64,000 nt of DNA from Methanomassiliicoccales archaeon. GTDB taxonomy: Archaea; Thermoplasmatota; Thermoplasmata; Methanomassiliicoccales; UBA472. Positions 16,136-24,987 of this stretch are shown here, piece after piece (position 1 is the stretch's first letter; the number at the start of each line of letters is the position of its first letter). The stretch covers positions 175,716 to 239,715 of the forward strand of contig JAVBWG010000011.1 of NCBI GenBank assembly GCA_036677555.1, given 5' to 3'. The notes under the pieces were generated by a model. That model saw only the letters and a list, made by a program, of their open reading frames with translations, was not told the DNA's origin and made no database searches. A program made the position numbers and the translations under genes.

Positions 16136-18279
16136 AGCTGACCGACGCTCTGTGCGCTTTCGGACGGAGGATCGTCGCGCAACGGGTCGATGCGCTCCTT
16201 GCAGAGGTGGAGGGAGCGCGGACAGGCGAGGATATCGAGCATGTTCACCGCATGCGCGTGGCCTCCCGGCGGCTCCGCTCCGCGCTGCGCATATTCGGCG
16301 AATGCTTCAAGGGGAAGAAGGCCAAGCGTTGGCGGAAGGCGGCGAGGCAGGTCACCGCGTCGCTGGGGGACGCCAGGGACCTGGATGTGCAGATAGAGCT
16401 GCTCAGGGAAACTGCCAAGGACTGGCAGGGGGAGGAGTCCGTCGGTGCCGCCCTTGTCATAGAGATGCTCGGATGCCGCCGGAGGTCCCTGCAGCCGGAG
16501 GTAGCCGCCCTGATGGACCGCATCACCGGCGACGGGGCGTTCCAAGAGATGAGAGCGGACATGGACGCTGAGGCGATGGACGGCCTCGACCTGTCGACGC
16601 TGTATCCCCATGCCTATGCCCATGCCTCCCTGGCCGTCGATGAGCTTATGGAGCGTTCCCATTCCGTTCCGGTCTATGAGGACAGGCAAGGGCACCATGC
16701 CATGCGCATCGCGGGAAAGCACCTGCGGTATGCCCTGGAGGCGTTCCGGGACGCCTATCCTGATGGGCTGGATGAGGAGATGAAGGTCCTGAAGGGACTG
16801 CAGGACGTATTGGGCGAGCTGCACGACTGCGACGTCTGGCAGCAGCGTCTGCCGGGCTTCAGGGAAGAGGCTCCGGCAGCGGCCAAGGCGTTAGACCGGT
16901 TGGGAAGGGATTTCGAAACGCGCCGAAGGGAGCTGCACTCGGAGCTTCTGCGCATGTGGTCCGCCCTGCAGCAGGAGCGCTTTCTGTTCCGCCTGCTGGA
17001 AAAGCTCAAGGGCCGTCCGATCACCGATGCCTGCCCGGTAAGGGTGGCCCTGATCTCGGATGCCCATGGCAACGCGGCCGCATTGCGGGCGGTTATGGAG
17101 CATGCCCGTGCCAATGGGGCCACGGCATTCCTGAACGCCGGGGACGCTATCGGCCTGCCGCAGCCGGTCGAGACCGTCCGCCTTCTCATGGATGGCGAGG
17201 TCCTCGGCGTCGTCGGCAACATTGACCGGACCGCGTTGAGGATAGCCTCCGGTAAAAAGACCGCCGACCGCCAATGGGAGATGTCGACTGAGATGCTGGG
17301 AAAGGAGGAACTGGAATGGCTGGCCTCACTTCCGGAAGACCTTCGTCTGGACATCTGTGGCTGCACCGTCCTGGTCGCACACGCCTCCCCGGGGCAGGAG
17401 GCGGAGAAGATCGCCCCATACACGCCTGAGACCCGTCTGCGCCATCTGGCCCAGGCGGGCAGGGCCGACGTCATCGTCACCGGTCATTCGCACATGCCCA
17501 TGGTCAGGGAGTGCGCCGGGACCGTTTTCGTCAACCCGGGAAGCGTTGGACGCCCCCGCGATGGCCCTGAGGCCTCCTACGCGCTGCTGGACCTTCCCTC
17601 CATGACCGCCAGGCTGGTCAGGGTCCCTTACGACGCCAAGGGCGTTGCCGACGAGCTTCGCGCCCAGGGGTTCAGGGACCTGCCCAGGGACGTGGAGAAT
17701 GGGCGGACGGCGGACAGAGCCCGAGACGCCGGGAAATGGGCAGAGCAGTTCCATATCGAACGCGCGCATGCTGAGCAGGTCCGTTCCCTGGCCACCCTTA
17801 TCTTCGACCATACGCGGGGGCTGCATCGCCTTGATCCCAAGGACCGCGAACTGCTGGAGTTGGCGGCCATGGTGCACGATGTGGGAATATGCGAAGGGGC
17901 GGAAGGGCATCAGAGGCGGGCCTTGGACATGGTGATGAAGGCGGACCTTCCCCTGGACGAGGTGGAGAGAAGGATGCTGGCCTGCATCGCCCGCTATCAC
18001 GGCCTGCGCTCACCGCGTGGCGGCGACAGGGTGTTCAAGGGGCTCACGCAATCGGAGCGCAAGAGGGTCTGCAAGCTCTCGGCCATATTGGCATTGGCGG
18101 ACGGGCTGGACCGCAGCCACCGCTCCCTGGTGGGAAGCGTGGAGGTCAGGATACGCAGAAAAGAGGTCGATATGATCGTCTCAGGCCTGGGGGACCTCTC
18201 GGCGGAAATGGAATGGGGGAACATGAAGGCGGCGCGGTTCGCCCGTGCCTTCGGCCGGAAGGTGAACATCGATGGTTGA
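16132..18279 (+). CDS. CHAD domain - calcineurin-like metallophosphoesterase - HD (Ppx/GppA C-terminal type) fusion protein
   Basis: The ATG at 16132 forms an ATGA overlap with the ppk stop and is preceded by AGGAGG. N-terminal CHAD His-helices: HRMRVASRRLRSALRIF, HAMRIAGKHLRYALEAF, LGELHDCDV. Middle domain: ISDAHGN...GDAIG...GNIDR...VTGHSHMP (MPE motifs). C-terminal domain: LAAMVHDVG...ARYHG...LADGLDRSH (HD domain). Confidence 0.75.
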   Translation: MKLTDALCAFGRRIVAQRVDALLAEVEGARTGEDIEHVHRMRVASRRLRSALRIFGECFKGKKAKRWRKAARQVTASLGDARDLDVQIELLRETAKDWQGEESVGAALVIEMLGCRRRSLQPEVAALMDRITGDGAFQEMRADMDAEAMDGLDLSTLYPHAYAHASLAVDELMERSHSVPVYEDRQGHHAMRIAGKHLRYALEAFRDAYPDGLDEEMKVLKGLQDVLGELHDCDVWQQRLPGFREEAPAAAKALDRLGRDFETRRRELHSELLRMWSALQQERFLFRLLEKLKGRPITDACPVRVALISDAHGNAAALRAVMEHARANGATAFLNAGDAIGLPQPVETVRLLMDGEVLGVVGNIDRTALRIASGKKTADRQWEMSTEMLGKEELEWLASLPEDLRLDICGCTVLVAHASPGQEAEKIAPYTPETRLRHLAQAGRADVIVTGHSHMPMVRECAGTVFVNPGSVGRPRDGPEASYALLDLPSMTARLVRVPYDAKGVADELRAQGFRDLPRDVENGRTADRARDAGKWAEQFHIERAHAEQVRSLATLIFDHTRGLHRLDPKDRELLELAAMVHDVGICEGAEGHQRRALDMVMKADLPLDEVERRMLACIARYHGLRSPRGGDRVFKGLTQSERKRVCKLSAILALADGLDRSHRSLVGSVEVRIRRKEVDMIVSGLGDLSAEMEWGNMKAARFARAFGRKVNIDG

Positions 18280-19831
18280 GCCGGAGAAGGGCAAGGTGGT
18301 GGCCTTCCTGGACGTGGGAACCAACTCCATCCGTCTTCTGGTCGTGCGCATCAATCCCAACCGCTCCTATACGGTGATCAGCGAGCAGAAGGAGATGGTC
18401 AGGCTGGGGGAGCAGGAGTTCACCGACGGGCTCTTGCTTGAGAGCGCCATGGAGCGGGCGGTCAGCGTTATGAAGAACTTCTGCGACCTGTCGCGGACGT
18501 ACGGGGCCACCGAGTTCGTGGCCATGGCCACCTCGGCCACCCGCGAGGCGTCGAACCGCTCCGAGCTGGTGGACCGGGTGAAGGACGCCACCGGCCTGGA
18601 GCTGCAGATAATCTCGGGGATGGAGGAGGCCAGACTTATCTATCTGGGCGTGTCGAGCGGGCATCACATCGGCCGCAAGAAAGCGCTGTTCCTGGACATC
18701 GGCGGGGGCAGCACCGAGCTGGCCCTGGGGGACCAGAACGAATATTCCTATCTGGACAGCCTGAAGGTGGGCGCCATTCGCCTTACCACCATGTTCGTGA
18801 AGAGGCCGGAGGCGCCGATACCTGACGACGCATTGGTCAAGATGCGCAAGTACGTCAAGAGCTCGATCGTTCGGGCCAAGAAGGAGATACTGCAGAACAA
18901 GGTGTCCCTGGTCTTCGGCAGTTCCGGGACGATCGTGAACCTTGGTGAGATGTTGCTGCGCCAGGACAGCAGCTCGCGCCCCGGGGTGATCAGGTATTCG
19001 CAGCTGAAGAAGCTCATTCCCCAACTGGCCGCGCTTGACCTGGCCGCCCGGCGCAAAGTGCCGGGGATGAACCCGGAGAGGGCCGACATCATCGTCGCCG
19101 GGGCCATGGTCCTGGAGACGGTCATGGACGAGCTGAAGCTGAGCGAGATAGCGGTCAGCCAGCGCAGCATGCGGGACGGGATGCTGCAGGACTACCTGGG
19201 CGGACTGGAGGAATTTCCAGGCTTCCGCGAGCTGTCCGTGCGTGAGCGGAGCGTCATTCAATTGGGACGGGCCTGCTCCATCGATGAGGAGCATGCCAGA
19301 CGTGTGGCGTCCATCGCCCTGGAGCTCTTCGACAGCGCGGCCAAGAAAGGAATGCACACCATGGGTAAGAAGGAGCGGGAGCTGCTGCACCATTCCGCCT
19401 TCCTGCACGATGTCGGCGATTTCATCTCCTTCAACGACCATCACCTGCATTCCCATTACATAATCTGTCACGCCGAGCTGCTAGGCTTCTCGAACCGAGA
19501 GGTGCTGCTGATGGCCAACATCGCCAAGTACCATCGCAAGCGCACGCCGAAGCTGAGGGCGGCCGAGCTGCGCGAGCTGGACGAGAAGGACCAGCAGACG
19601 CTCGTACGCCTATCCACGCTGCTGCGCATGGCCGAGAGCCTGGACCGCTCGCATTCCAATCTGGTGCAGAACGTGAGGTTCAGCAAGGTGACGAAACGCT
19701 CGGTGAAGCTGATCGTCACCGCCAGCGGGGACCCTCAGCTGGAGATGTGGCGCATGGAGGAGGACCGCAAGGCGTTCAAGAAAGCCTACGGGAAGGACCT
19801 CACGGTGGTGCTGAACAACATCGACTCTTGA
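18272..19831 (+). CDS. ppx: Exopolyphosphatase / Ppx-GppA family phosphatase with an HD domain
   Basis: 519 aa. AFLDVGTNSIRLLVV and LDIGGGSTELALG (ASKHA phosphate loops), and C-terminal FLHDVGDFISFNDHHLHS...KYHRK (HD). Its start overlaps the upstream stop by 8 nt. Confidence 0.85.
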   Translation: MVEPEKGKVVAFLDVGTNSIRLLVVRINPNRSYTVISEQKEMVRLGEQEFTDGLLLESAMERAVSVMKNFCDLSRTYGATEFVAMATSATREASNRSELVDRVKDATGLELQIISGMEEARLIYLGVSSGHHIGRKKALFLDIGGGSTELALGDQNEYSYLDSLKVGAIRLTTMFVKRPEAPIPDDALVKMRKYVKSSIVRAKKEILQNKVSLVFGSSGTIVNLGEMLLRQDSSSRPGVIRYSQLKKLIPQLAALDLAARRKVPGMNPERADIIVAGAMVLETVMDELKLSEIAVSQRSMRDGMLQDYLGGLEEFPGFRELSVRERSVIQLGRACSIDEEHARRVASIALELFDSAAKKGMHTMGKKERELLHHSAFLHDVGDFISFNDHHLHSHYIICHAELLGFSNREVLLMANIAKYHRKRTPKLRAAELRELDEKDQQTLVRLSTLLRMAESLDRSHSNLVQNVRFSKVTKRSVKLIVTASGDPQLEMWRMEEDRKAFKKAYGKDLTVVLNNIDS

Positions 19832-19881
19832 GAACAGTGAAAGGAAGTAAAAGGGGTTTGACCGGATTTGGAGAGAGGACC

Positions 19882-20106
19882 TTACTTGGTCTTCTTCATT
19901 ATCTTCATCCAGCCGCCGCTCTCGAACACCGCGAGACCCCTCTTGGTGAGGGTCTTTTCGAACTCCTCCCAGGATACGATCTCCAGCCTCGCGTTGTTGC
20001 CCTTCGTGAACTGAACTCCGTTGGTGCCCTTTACGCGGCCCGGCTTGAGACCCTTCTTCTTCGCGATGTCCTTCGCCTTGTCTAAGTTGATCTTCTCCAT
20101 CACCAT
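19882..20106 (-). CDS. Small basic hypothetical protein
   Basis: About 74 aa from the ATG at 20106 (an alternative ATG lies at 20100). It is Lys-rich with plausible composition. An AT-rich promoter-like region lies upstream. No family recognised. Confidence 0.4.
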   Translation of the reverse strand: MVMEKINLDKAKDIAKKKGLKPGRVKGTNGVQFTKGNNARLEIVSWEEFEKTLTKRGLAVFESGGWMKIMKKTK

Positions 20107-20165
20107 GGAACGACCTCCGCGATAATCGACCAATCTGGCCTGTTATCCAGTAAGTAATGGAAATG

Positions 20166-20232
20166 TTCTATATATAATATTTATCGCATAAAGGACAATG
20201 ACCAGCAAATGTTCCTCTTATATAGTTTAGGC
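20166..20232. promoter_or_regulatory. AT-rich divergent promoter region with TATA-like elements
   Basis: TTCTATATATAATATTTATCGC and CTCTTATATAGTTTAGG lie in the 255-bp gap between the divergent genes 19882..20106 and 20362..21657. No transcription start is known. Confidence 0.3.
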
Positions 20233-20361
20233 TGTTAACCCCTTCCCTCACCCAGATTTTTATCCCCCGCCGGACTATGCGGAAACGACGCTGGCCAAAC
20301 ATCTGGCCATGCCTGGAAGGACAGGGATTAAATGCCTTAGCAGGGATTACCTGCGGATAAC

Positions 20362-21657
20362 ATGGGCCTCTTCGGTTCCTCCGGCATACGCGGTCTGATT
20401 GGGAAGGACATCGACGCCGAGCTAGGCGTTCGGATAGGCAGGGCGGTGGGAAGCCTTTCCGGCACGGTGGTCGTGGGAAAGGACCCTAGGATGAGCGGGG
20501 ACCTGCTGGTGAACGCCCTTGTTGCCGGGCTGATCGAGGCTGGGGCCGAACCGTACCGGGCGGGCATGGTGCCCACGCCCACGCTGGCCTGCGCAGCCTC
20601 GCATTTTGACTGCGGGCTCATGGTCACCGCCTCCCACAACCCCCCGGAGTACAACGGGGTCAAGATGTGGAACCAGGACGGCAGCGCCTTCGATGGGGAG
20701 CAGACGGCGGAGGTGGAGAGGCTGATCGCTGAAGGCGGACGGAGGGCCGCATGGGACGAGATGTTCGAGGAACGTCTTTGGACCGGGGCGATCGACGAGC
20801 ACATCCTGACCATCCTGGAGGAGGTTGGACCGGTCGAAAGGCCCATCGCCCTCGACTGCGGATGCGGGGCTACCGGTCCGGTCAGCCCCCGGCTGTTCCG
20901 TGACCTGGGCTGCGACGTCGTCGCCTTGAACGCCAATCCTGACGGGCGCTTCCCCGGCCGTCCGTCGGAACCGTCCGAGGGCAACCTTAGGGACCTGATG
21001 TCCCTCTGCAGGTCCAAAGGTATCGCTGGGATCGCCCATGACGGGGACGGGGACCGCATGGTGGCGGTGGACGAGGACGGATGCTACGTGAGCGGGGACC
21101 GGCTCCTGGCGCTGTTCGCCTCGCTCCTGGGCGTGAAGGACATGGCCGCCCCGGTGGACGCATCGATGGTCCTCGACGATATCGTGGGAAGGCCCATCGC
21201 GCGCACCAGGGTGGGCGACATGTTCGTCTCCGAGGCGCTGAAGAAGAAGGGGCTGCCGTTCGGAGGAGAGCCTTCCGGCACCTTCATCTTCCCTTCCGTG
21301 AACTATTGCCCGGACGGAATGCTGGCCGGCGCATACCTTCTGAAGCTGCTTGACGGAAGGCCGCTGAAGGAAGTGGTGTGCTCCCTTCCGACCTATCCAT
21401 CGGTGCGGGATTCCTTCTCCTTCGATCGTTCCGACCGCAGAATGGTCGAGGAGAGGCTGGCCCAGGAGATGTCTTCCATGGAGGGCGAGCTGACCACGGT
21501 TGACGGTTACCGCGTGGACCTGGGGCACGGATGGGTCCTGGTGCGCCTTTCCGGGACCGAACCGAAGGTGCGCCTGACGGCGGAGGCGCGGAACGAGAAG
21601 GACCTGGGCGTCATCGCCGAGCTGGCCAGGAAGAAGGTCCGCCGGGCCCTGGGCTGA
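20362..21657 (+). CDS. glmM: Phosphohexomutase (phosphoglucosamine mutase / phosphomannomutase family)
   Basis: 431 aa. Active-site loop TASHNPPEYNGVK and Mg site HDGDGDR. It is followed by a GlmU-like gene, which suggests UDP-GlcNAc synthesis. Confidence 0.75.
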   Translation: MGLFGSSGIRGLIGKDIDAELGVRIGRAVGSLSGTVVVGKDPRMSGDLLVNALVAGLIEAGAEPYRAGMVPTPTLACAASHFDCGLMVTASHNPPEYNGVKMWNQDGSAFDGEQTAEVERLIAEGGRRAAWDEMFEERLWTGAIDEHILTILEEVGPVERPIALDCGCGATGPVSPRLFRDLGCDVVALNANPDGRFPGRPSEPSEGNLRDLMSLCRSKGIAGIAHDGDGDRMVAVDEDGCYVSGDRLLALFASLLGVKDMAAPVDASMVLDDIVGRPIARTRVGDMFVSEALKKKGLPFGGEPSGTFIFPSVNYCPDGMLAGAYLLKLLDGRPLKEVVCSLPTYPSVRDSFSFDRSDRRMVEERLAQEMSSMEGELTTVDGYRVDLGHGWVLVRLSGTEPKVRLTAEARNEKDLGVIAELARKKVRRALG

Positions 21658-21697
21658 GCAGGCATTTAATAGCTGACCGCCGATTTCATTTTGAAGG

Positions 21698-22930
21698 ATG
21701 CAAATGAAAGCGCTCATACTGGCCGCCGGCGAGGGCACCCGTCTCAGGCCGCTCACCACCAACATCCCCAAGCCGCTGCTGACCGTGGCCGGAAGACCCT
21801 ACCTGGCCCATCTGGTGCAGGCCCTGGGCGACGCCGGAATCAGGGAGCAGGTGATCCTGGTGGGCTGGAAGGCCAACCGGGTGAAGGAGTTCTTCGGCGA
21901 CGGAAGGCGCATGGGCGTGGAGCTCAGCTATCTGGAGCAGAAGGAAAGGCTGGGCACGGCCAACGCCGTCGGGGTGGCGGAAGAGGTCATGGACGGGGAC
22001 TTCGTCTGCGTGAACGGGGACGTGGTCATGCCCCCCGAGGCGGTGGCCGAGATGGTCTCCGCGTTCCAGAAGGACCATCAGCCGTTCATGGGGGCGGTGG
22101 AGGTGCCGGACCCGCAGCGTTTCGGGGTGGTCCAGCATGAGGCCGGCAGACTTGTCCGGATCATAGAGAAGCCGGCCGTCCCGCCGTCCCGGCTGATCAA
22201 TGGCGGCTTCTTCGGCCTCAATGCCGAGGTCTTCGACCATATCCGCAGGACAGGACGGTCCCCTCGTGGGGAGTTCGAGTTCACCGACACCCTGAACATG
22301 ATGGCCGCCGGGACGGACATCGCGGTGAGGAAGATCAAAGGGGAATGGATGGACGTTGGGTTCCCCTGGGAGCTGCTGCGGGCGAACGAGTTCCTGATGG
22401 GCCGGATCAAAATGGACATCAGGGGTACTGTCGAGGAAGGGGCGACGATCAAGGGGGAGGTGGTGGTGGAGGAAGGCGCCCTGGTCAGGAGCGGAAGCTA
22501 CATTGAAGGGCCCGTTTTCATTTCCAAGGGCTGCGATATCGGCCCCAACTGCTACATACGGCCATCCACCTGCCTTGGCGAGGGGGTGCGCATCGGAAGC
22601 TCGGTGGAGGTCAAGAACTCCATCGTGATGAAACGGACGCATATCCCGCATCACAATTACGTCGGGGACAGTATCATCGGCGAAAGGTGCAACTTCGGGG
22701 CCGGGACCAAGGTGGCCAACCTGCGCTTCGACGACCGAACGGTCCGGGTGACCGTGAACGGTCAGATGTTGAGCACCGGAAGACGCAAGCTCGGGGTGGT
22801 CATGGGCGATGATGTGAAGACCGGCATTAACGCCATGATCGAGCCGGGAACGGTCATCTGGGAAGGCACCGTGGTCGGCATGGGCGCCAGGGCCCGCGGC
22901 AACATCGGACCCAACAGCAAAGTGTTCTAG
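21698..22930 (+). CDS. glmU: Bifunctional sugar-1-phosphate nucleotidylyltransferase / acetyltransferase (archaeal GlmU-like)
   Basis: 410 aa. N-terminal ALILAAGEGTRLRPLTTNIPKPLL (NTP-transferase G-loop) and C-terminal left-handed beta-helix hexapeptide repeats. Confidence 0.75.
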   Translation: MQMKALILAAGEGTRLRPLTTNIPKPLLTVAGRPYLAHLVQALGDAGIREQVILVGWKANRVKEFFGDGRRMGVELSYLEQKERLGTANAVGVAEEVMDGDFVCVNGDVVMPPEAVAEMVSAFQKDHQPFMGAVEVPDPQRFGVVQHEAGRLVRIIEKPAVPPSRLINGGFFGLNAEVFDHIRRTGRSPRGEFEFTDTLNMMAAGTDIAVRKIKGEWMDVGFPWELLRANEFLMGRIKMDIRGTVEEGATIKGEVVVEEGALVRSGSYIEGPVFISKGCDIGPNCYIRPSTCLGEGVRIGSSVEVKNSIVMKRTHIPHHNYVGDSIIGERCNFGAGTKVANLRFDDRTVRVTVNGQMLSTGRRKLGVVMGDDVKTGINAMIEPGTVIWEGTVVGMGARARGNIGPNSKVF

Positions 22931-23304
22931 AGCTCGACAACCGGCAGCTGCATGCGCCGTCCGCGACCGTCATAGGCGCGCCAGCTGCCCTCGTCGTACG
23001 GAAGGCACGTGATGATGTGCACATAGCCGTAACGGCGGAAAAGCTCCAGGTCCTCCCGGGAGGGCCGGTTGCTGTAGCCGGGATGCGAATGCACCGTGCC
23101 GACGACGGAATAGTCGATGGGCATCATGTGCATCATCAGGGTGGCGGAGTCTTCCCCCTGCAGCGTTCCAGGTAGCAGGAGGAGTTCCTGGATGACCCCT
23201 TCCTCGGCCCGCAGCATGGCCACGAACTCGTTCGGCAACGAATCGCGTGCGGCCTCGTTGATCATCTCCAGGAGGCTGCGATCGATGGCCTTGACCTTCA
23301 GCAT
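22927..23304 (-). CDS. Stand-alone JAB1/MPN/Mov34 (JAMM) metalloprotease
   Basis: 125 aa from the ATG at 23304. NEFVAMLRAE supplies the Glu and VGTVHSHPGYSNRPSREDL gives H-x-H-x7-S-x2-D. The start overlaps the nadK 3' end by 7 nt. The upstream part of track ORF 22927..23451 is an Arg/Gly-rich shadow. Confidence 0.8.
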   Translation of the reverse strand: MLKVKAIDRSLLEMINEAARDSLPNEFVAMLRAEEGVIQELLLLPGTLQGEDSATLMMHMMPIDYSVVGTVHSHPGYSNRPSREDLELFRRYGYVHIITCLPYDEGSWRAYDGRGRRMQLPVVEL

Positions 23305-24107
23305 AGGGTCCCCATAAGCTTCTCCCTGGTCCTGGCGTAGAACCCCTTCCCGAAGCTTACGAAACGGGCCCGGTCCGGGGCGGCCTTGAACTCCACCGTT
23401 TCGTTCCCGGCCATGAGAAGCTCCTGCTGGCCGTCGACGACAACCACGCACTCCTTAGGACGCACGACCTGCACCGTGATGCGGCTGGACGCCGGGACCA
23501 CCACCGGCCGGGCGGAGAATTTGAAAGGGGCCATGGGTGCGATGACCAGGGCTTCGACGCGCGGATCGATCAGCGGTGCGCCCAGGCTCATGGCGTAGCA
23601 GGTGGAGCCGGTCGGAGTGGCCACCACGATGCCGTCCGCCCTCACGTTCATGGCCATCTCCCCGTCCACGAACACCTGGAAGTGACGGATCTTGGCCACA
23701 TGGGCGGTGTGCAGCACCGCCTCGTTCATGGCGTCCAGCATACGCTTCCCGCCAACGCTGGTCTGCAGCTTGGTTCTCTCCTCAAGCTCGTAATTTCCCT
23801 TCAGGACGTTGTCGATGCCCTCCTCCAGCTCCTCCTCCGACACCACCGTGAGAAAGCCGAGGTCCCCGGCGTTGATGCCGAAGATGGGCGCCTTGTTGTG
23901 CTGGAGCGCCCGAAGTATGGTGCCATCGCCGCCGACTGTCACCATCATGTCCACGTCCATTTCCTCCAGCCGTTGGCCCTTGGTCTTGAACCTCTCAGCC
24001 ATCTCCGTCTCCAGCAGCACCTCGTGCCCCTTGAGCAGTTCCAAGGTCCTCTTGGCCATGCGCGGGGCGTCGGGTATGTTCATGTTGACGCTCATCCCGA
24101 ACCTCAT
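23298..24107 (-). CDS. nadK: NAD kinase
   Basis: 269 aa from the ATG at 24107 (ATGA overlap with the upstream stop). VTVGGDGTILRA GGDGT motif, NEAVL, and the TPTGSTCYAMSLGAP region. The track ORF to 24572 is an overlapping extension. Confidence 0.85.
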   Translation of the reverse strand: MRFGMSVNMNIPDAPRMAKRTLELLKGHEVLLETEMAERFKTKGQRLEEMDVDMMVTVGGDGTILRALQHNKAPIFGINAGDLGFLTVVSEEELEEGIDNVLKGNYELEERTKLQTSVGGKRMLDAMNEAVLHTAHVAKIRHFQVFVDGEMAMNVRADGIVVATPTGSTCYAMSLGAPLIDPRVEALVIAPMAPFKFSARPVVVPASSRITVQVVRPKECVVVVDGQQELLMAGNETVEFKAAPDRARFVSFGKGFYARTREKLMGTLC

Positions 24108-24907
24108 AACAGCCACCCCAGCAAAGATGGGTCTCCAGCGGCCAGGCAGTTGGCCCGAACATCCAGGTCCAGGCTCATGTCCAGGACCTTGCCTTCGAGG
24201 TCGTAGAGCTGCCCACCCGCCTCCCTCAGGATCAGGGAGCTGGCGGCGATGTCCACCACCCTCAATGCCCTCTGGTAGACCTCCGAGTTCAGATAGAATC
24301 CGTCGGCCAGTCCCGCCGCCACCAGGCACATCTCCAGGGACGAACAGCCCATGGAGCGGGTCCTGCGGGCCTTGCGCAGCACGCCGTTGGCGTTGGCGGC
24401 GGAGAACTTGCCGAGATAGACGAACAGCACCGAGCTGTCCCTTTCGCATTTGCGGACGCGGATGGGGCGCCCGTTCCAGGTGGCACCCTTTCCCTTTTCC
24501 GCGTAGAACTGGTCTCCGGTCACCAGGTTCCGGACTATGCCATGGGTGGCGTCGTTCATGCTCTTGGTGCATACGGCCAATGACACGCTGTAGAAGGGAA
24601 TGCCCATGAGGGCGTTGTAGGTGCCATCCACAGGGTCCATGACCAGTGTGCGGTCGTACCCCCGGTCGATGACGCCGGCCTCCTCGCTCAGGACGTTCAG
24701 GGGCACCTTCCTTTCATCCATCAGGCGGAGGAGAAGCTCCTCGGCGGCCTGGTCGATGCGGCAGGTGGGCGTTCCATCCGCGCCCATTCCCACCTCGGCG
24801 GCCCTCTCGCTGAAGGCGCATTCCCTGTCAATGCCGCCTGCCACGGAGGCGGCCAGCCATTCCAACGTTTCCCTCATCCCTCTGGATATTGGCGGGGGGT
24901 TATTCAT
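24104..24907 (-). CDS. Inositol monophosphatase / FBPase family phosphatase (possible NADP phosphatase)
   Basis: EEAG...VMDPVDGTYNA metal-binding motifs. The start is uncertain: ATG candidates at 24928, 24907 and 24877. It is translationally coupled to nadK. Confidence 0.75.
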   Translation of the reverse strand: MNNPPPISRGMRETLEWLAASVAGGIDRECAFSERAAEVGMGADGTPTCRIDQAAEELLLRLMDERKVPLNVLSEEAGVIDRGYDRTLVMDPVDGTYNALMGIPFYSVSLAVCTKSMNDATHGIVRNLVTGDQFYAEKGKGATWNGRPIRVRKCERDSSVLFVYLGKFSAANANGVLRKARRTRSMGCSSLEMCLVAAGLADGFYLNSEVYQRALRVVDIAASSLILREAGGQLYDLEGKVLDMSLDLDVRANCLAAGDPSLLGWLL

Positions 24908-24987
24908 AATTGCGCCGATGACGAGCATGGAAACGGTATATACGGAACAAGGTGTTCCCTTCACGCCCCGTGTGGTAGAGGGATCGT

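Noticed and set aside
20422-21771. 449-aa minus-strand ORF covering the whole glmM-like gene. Similar long antisense or off-frame ORFs occur at 286..1005, 15056..16123, 18146..19471, 21686..22654, 25723..26757, 46063..47148, 46793..48067 and 48083..49285.
   Set aside because: These are shadow ORFs typical of high-GC DNA. Their translations are Arg/Pro/Gly/His-rich with no motifs. Each lies opposite, or out of frame with, a gene that has clear family signatures.
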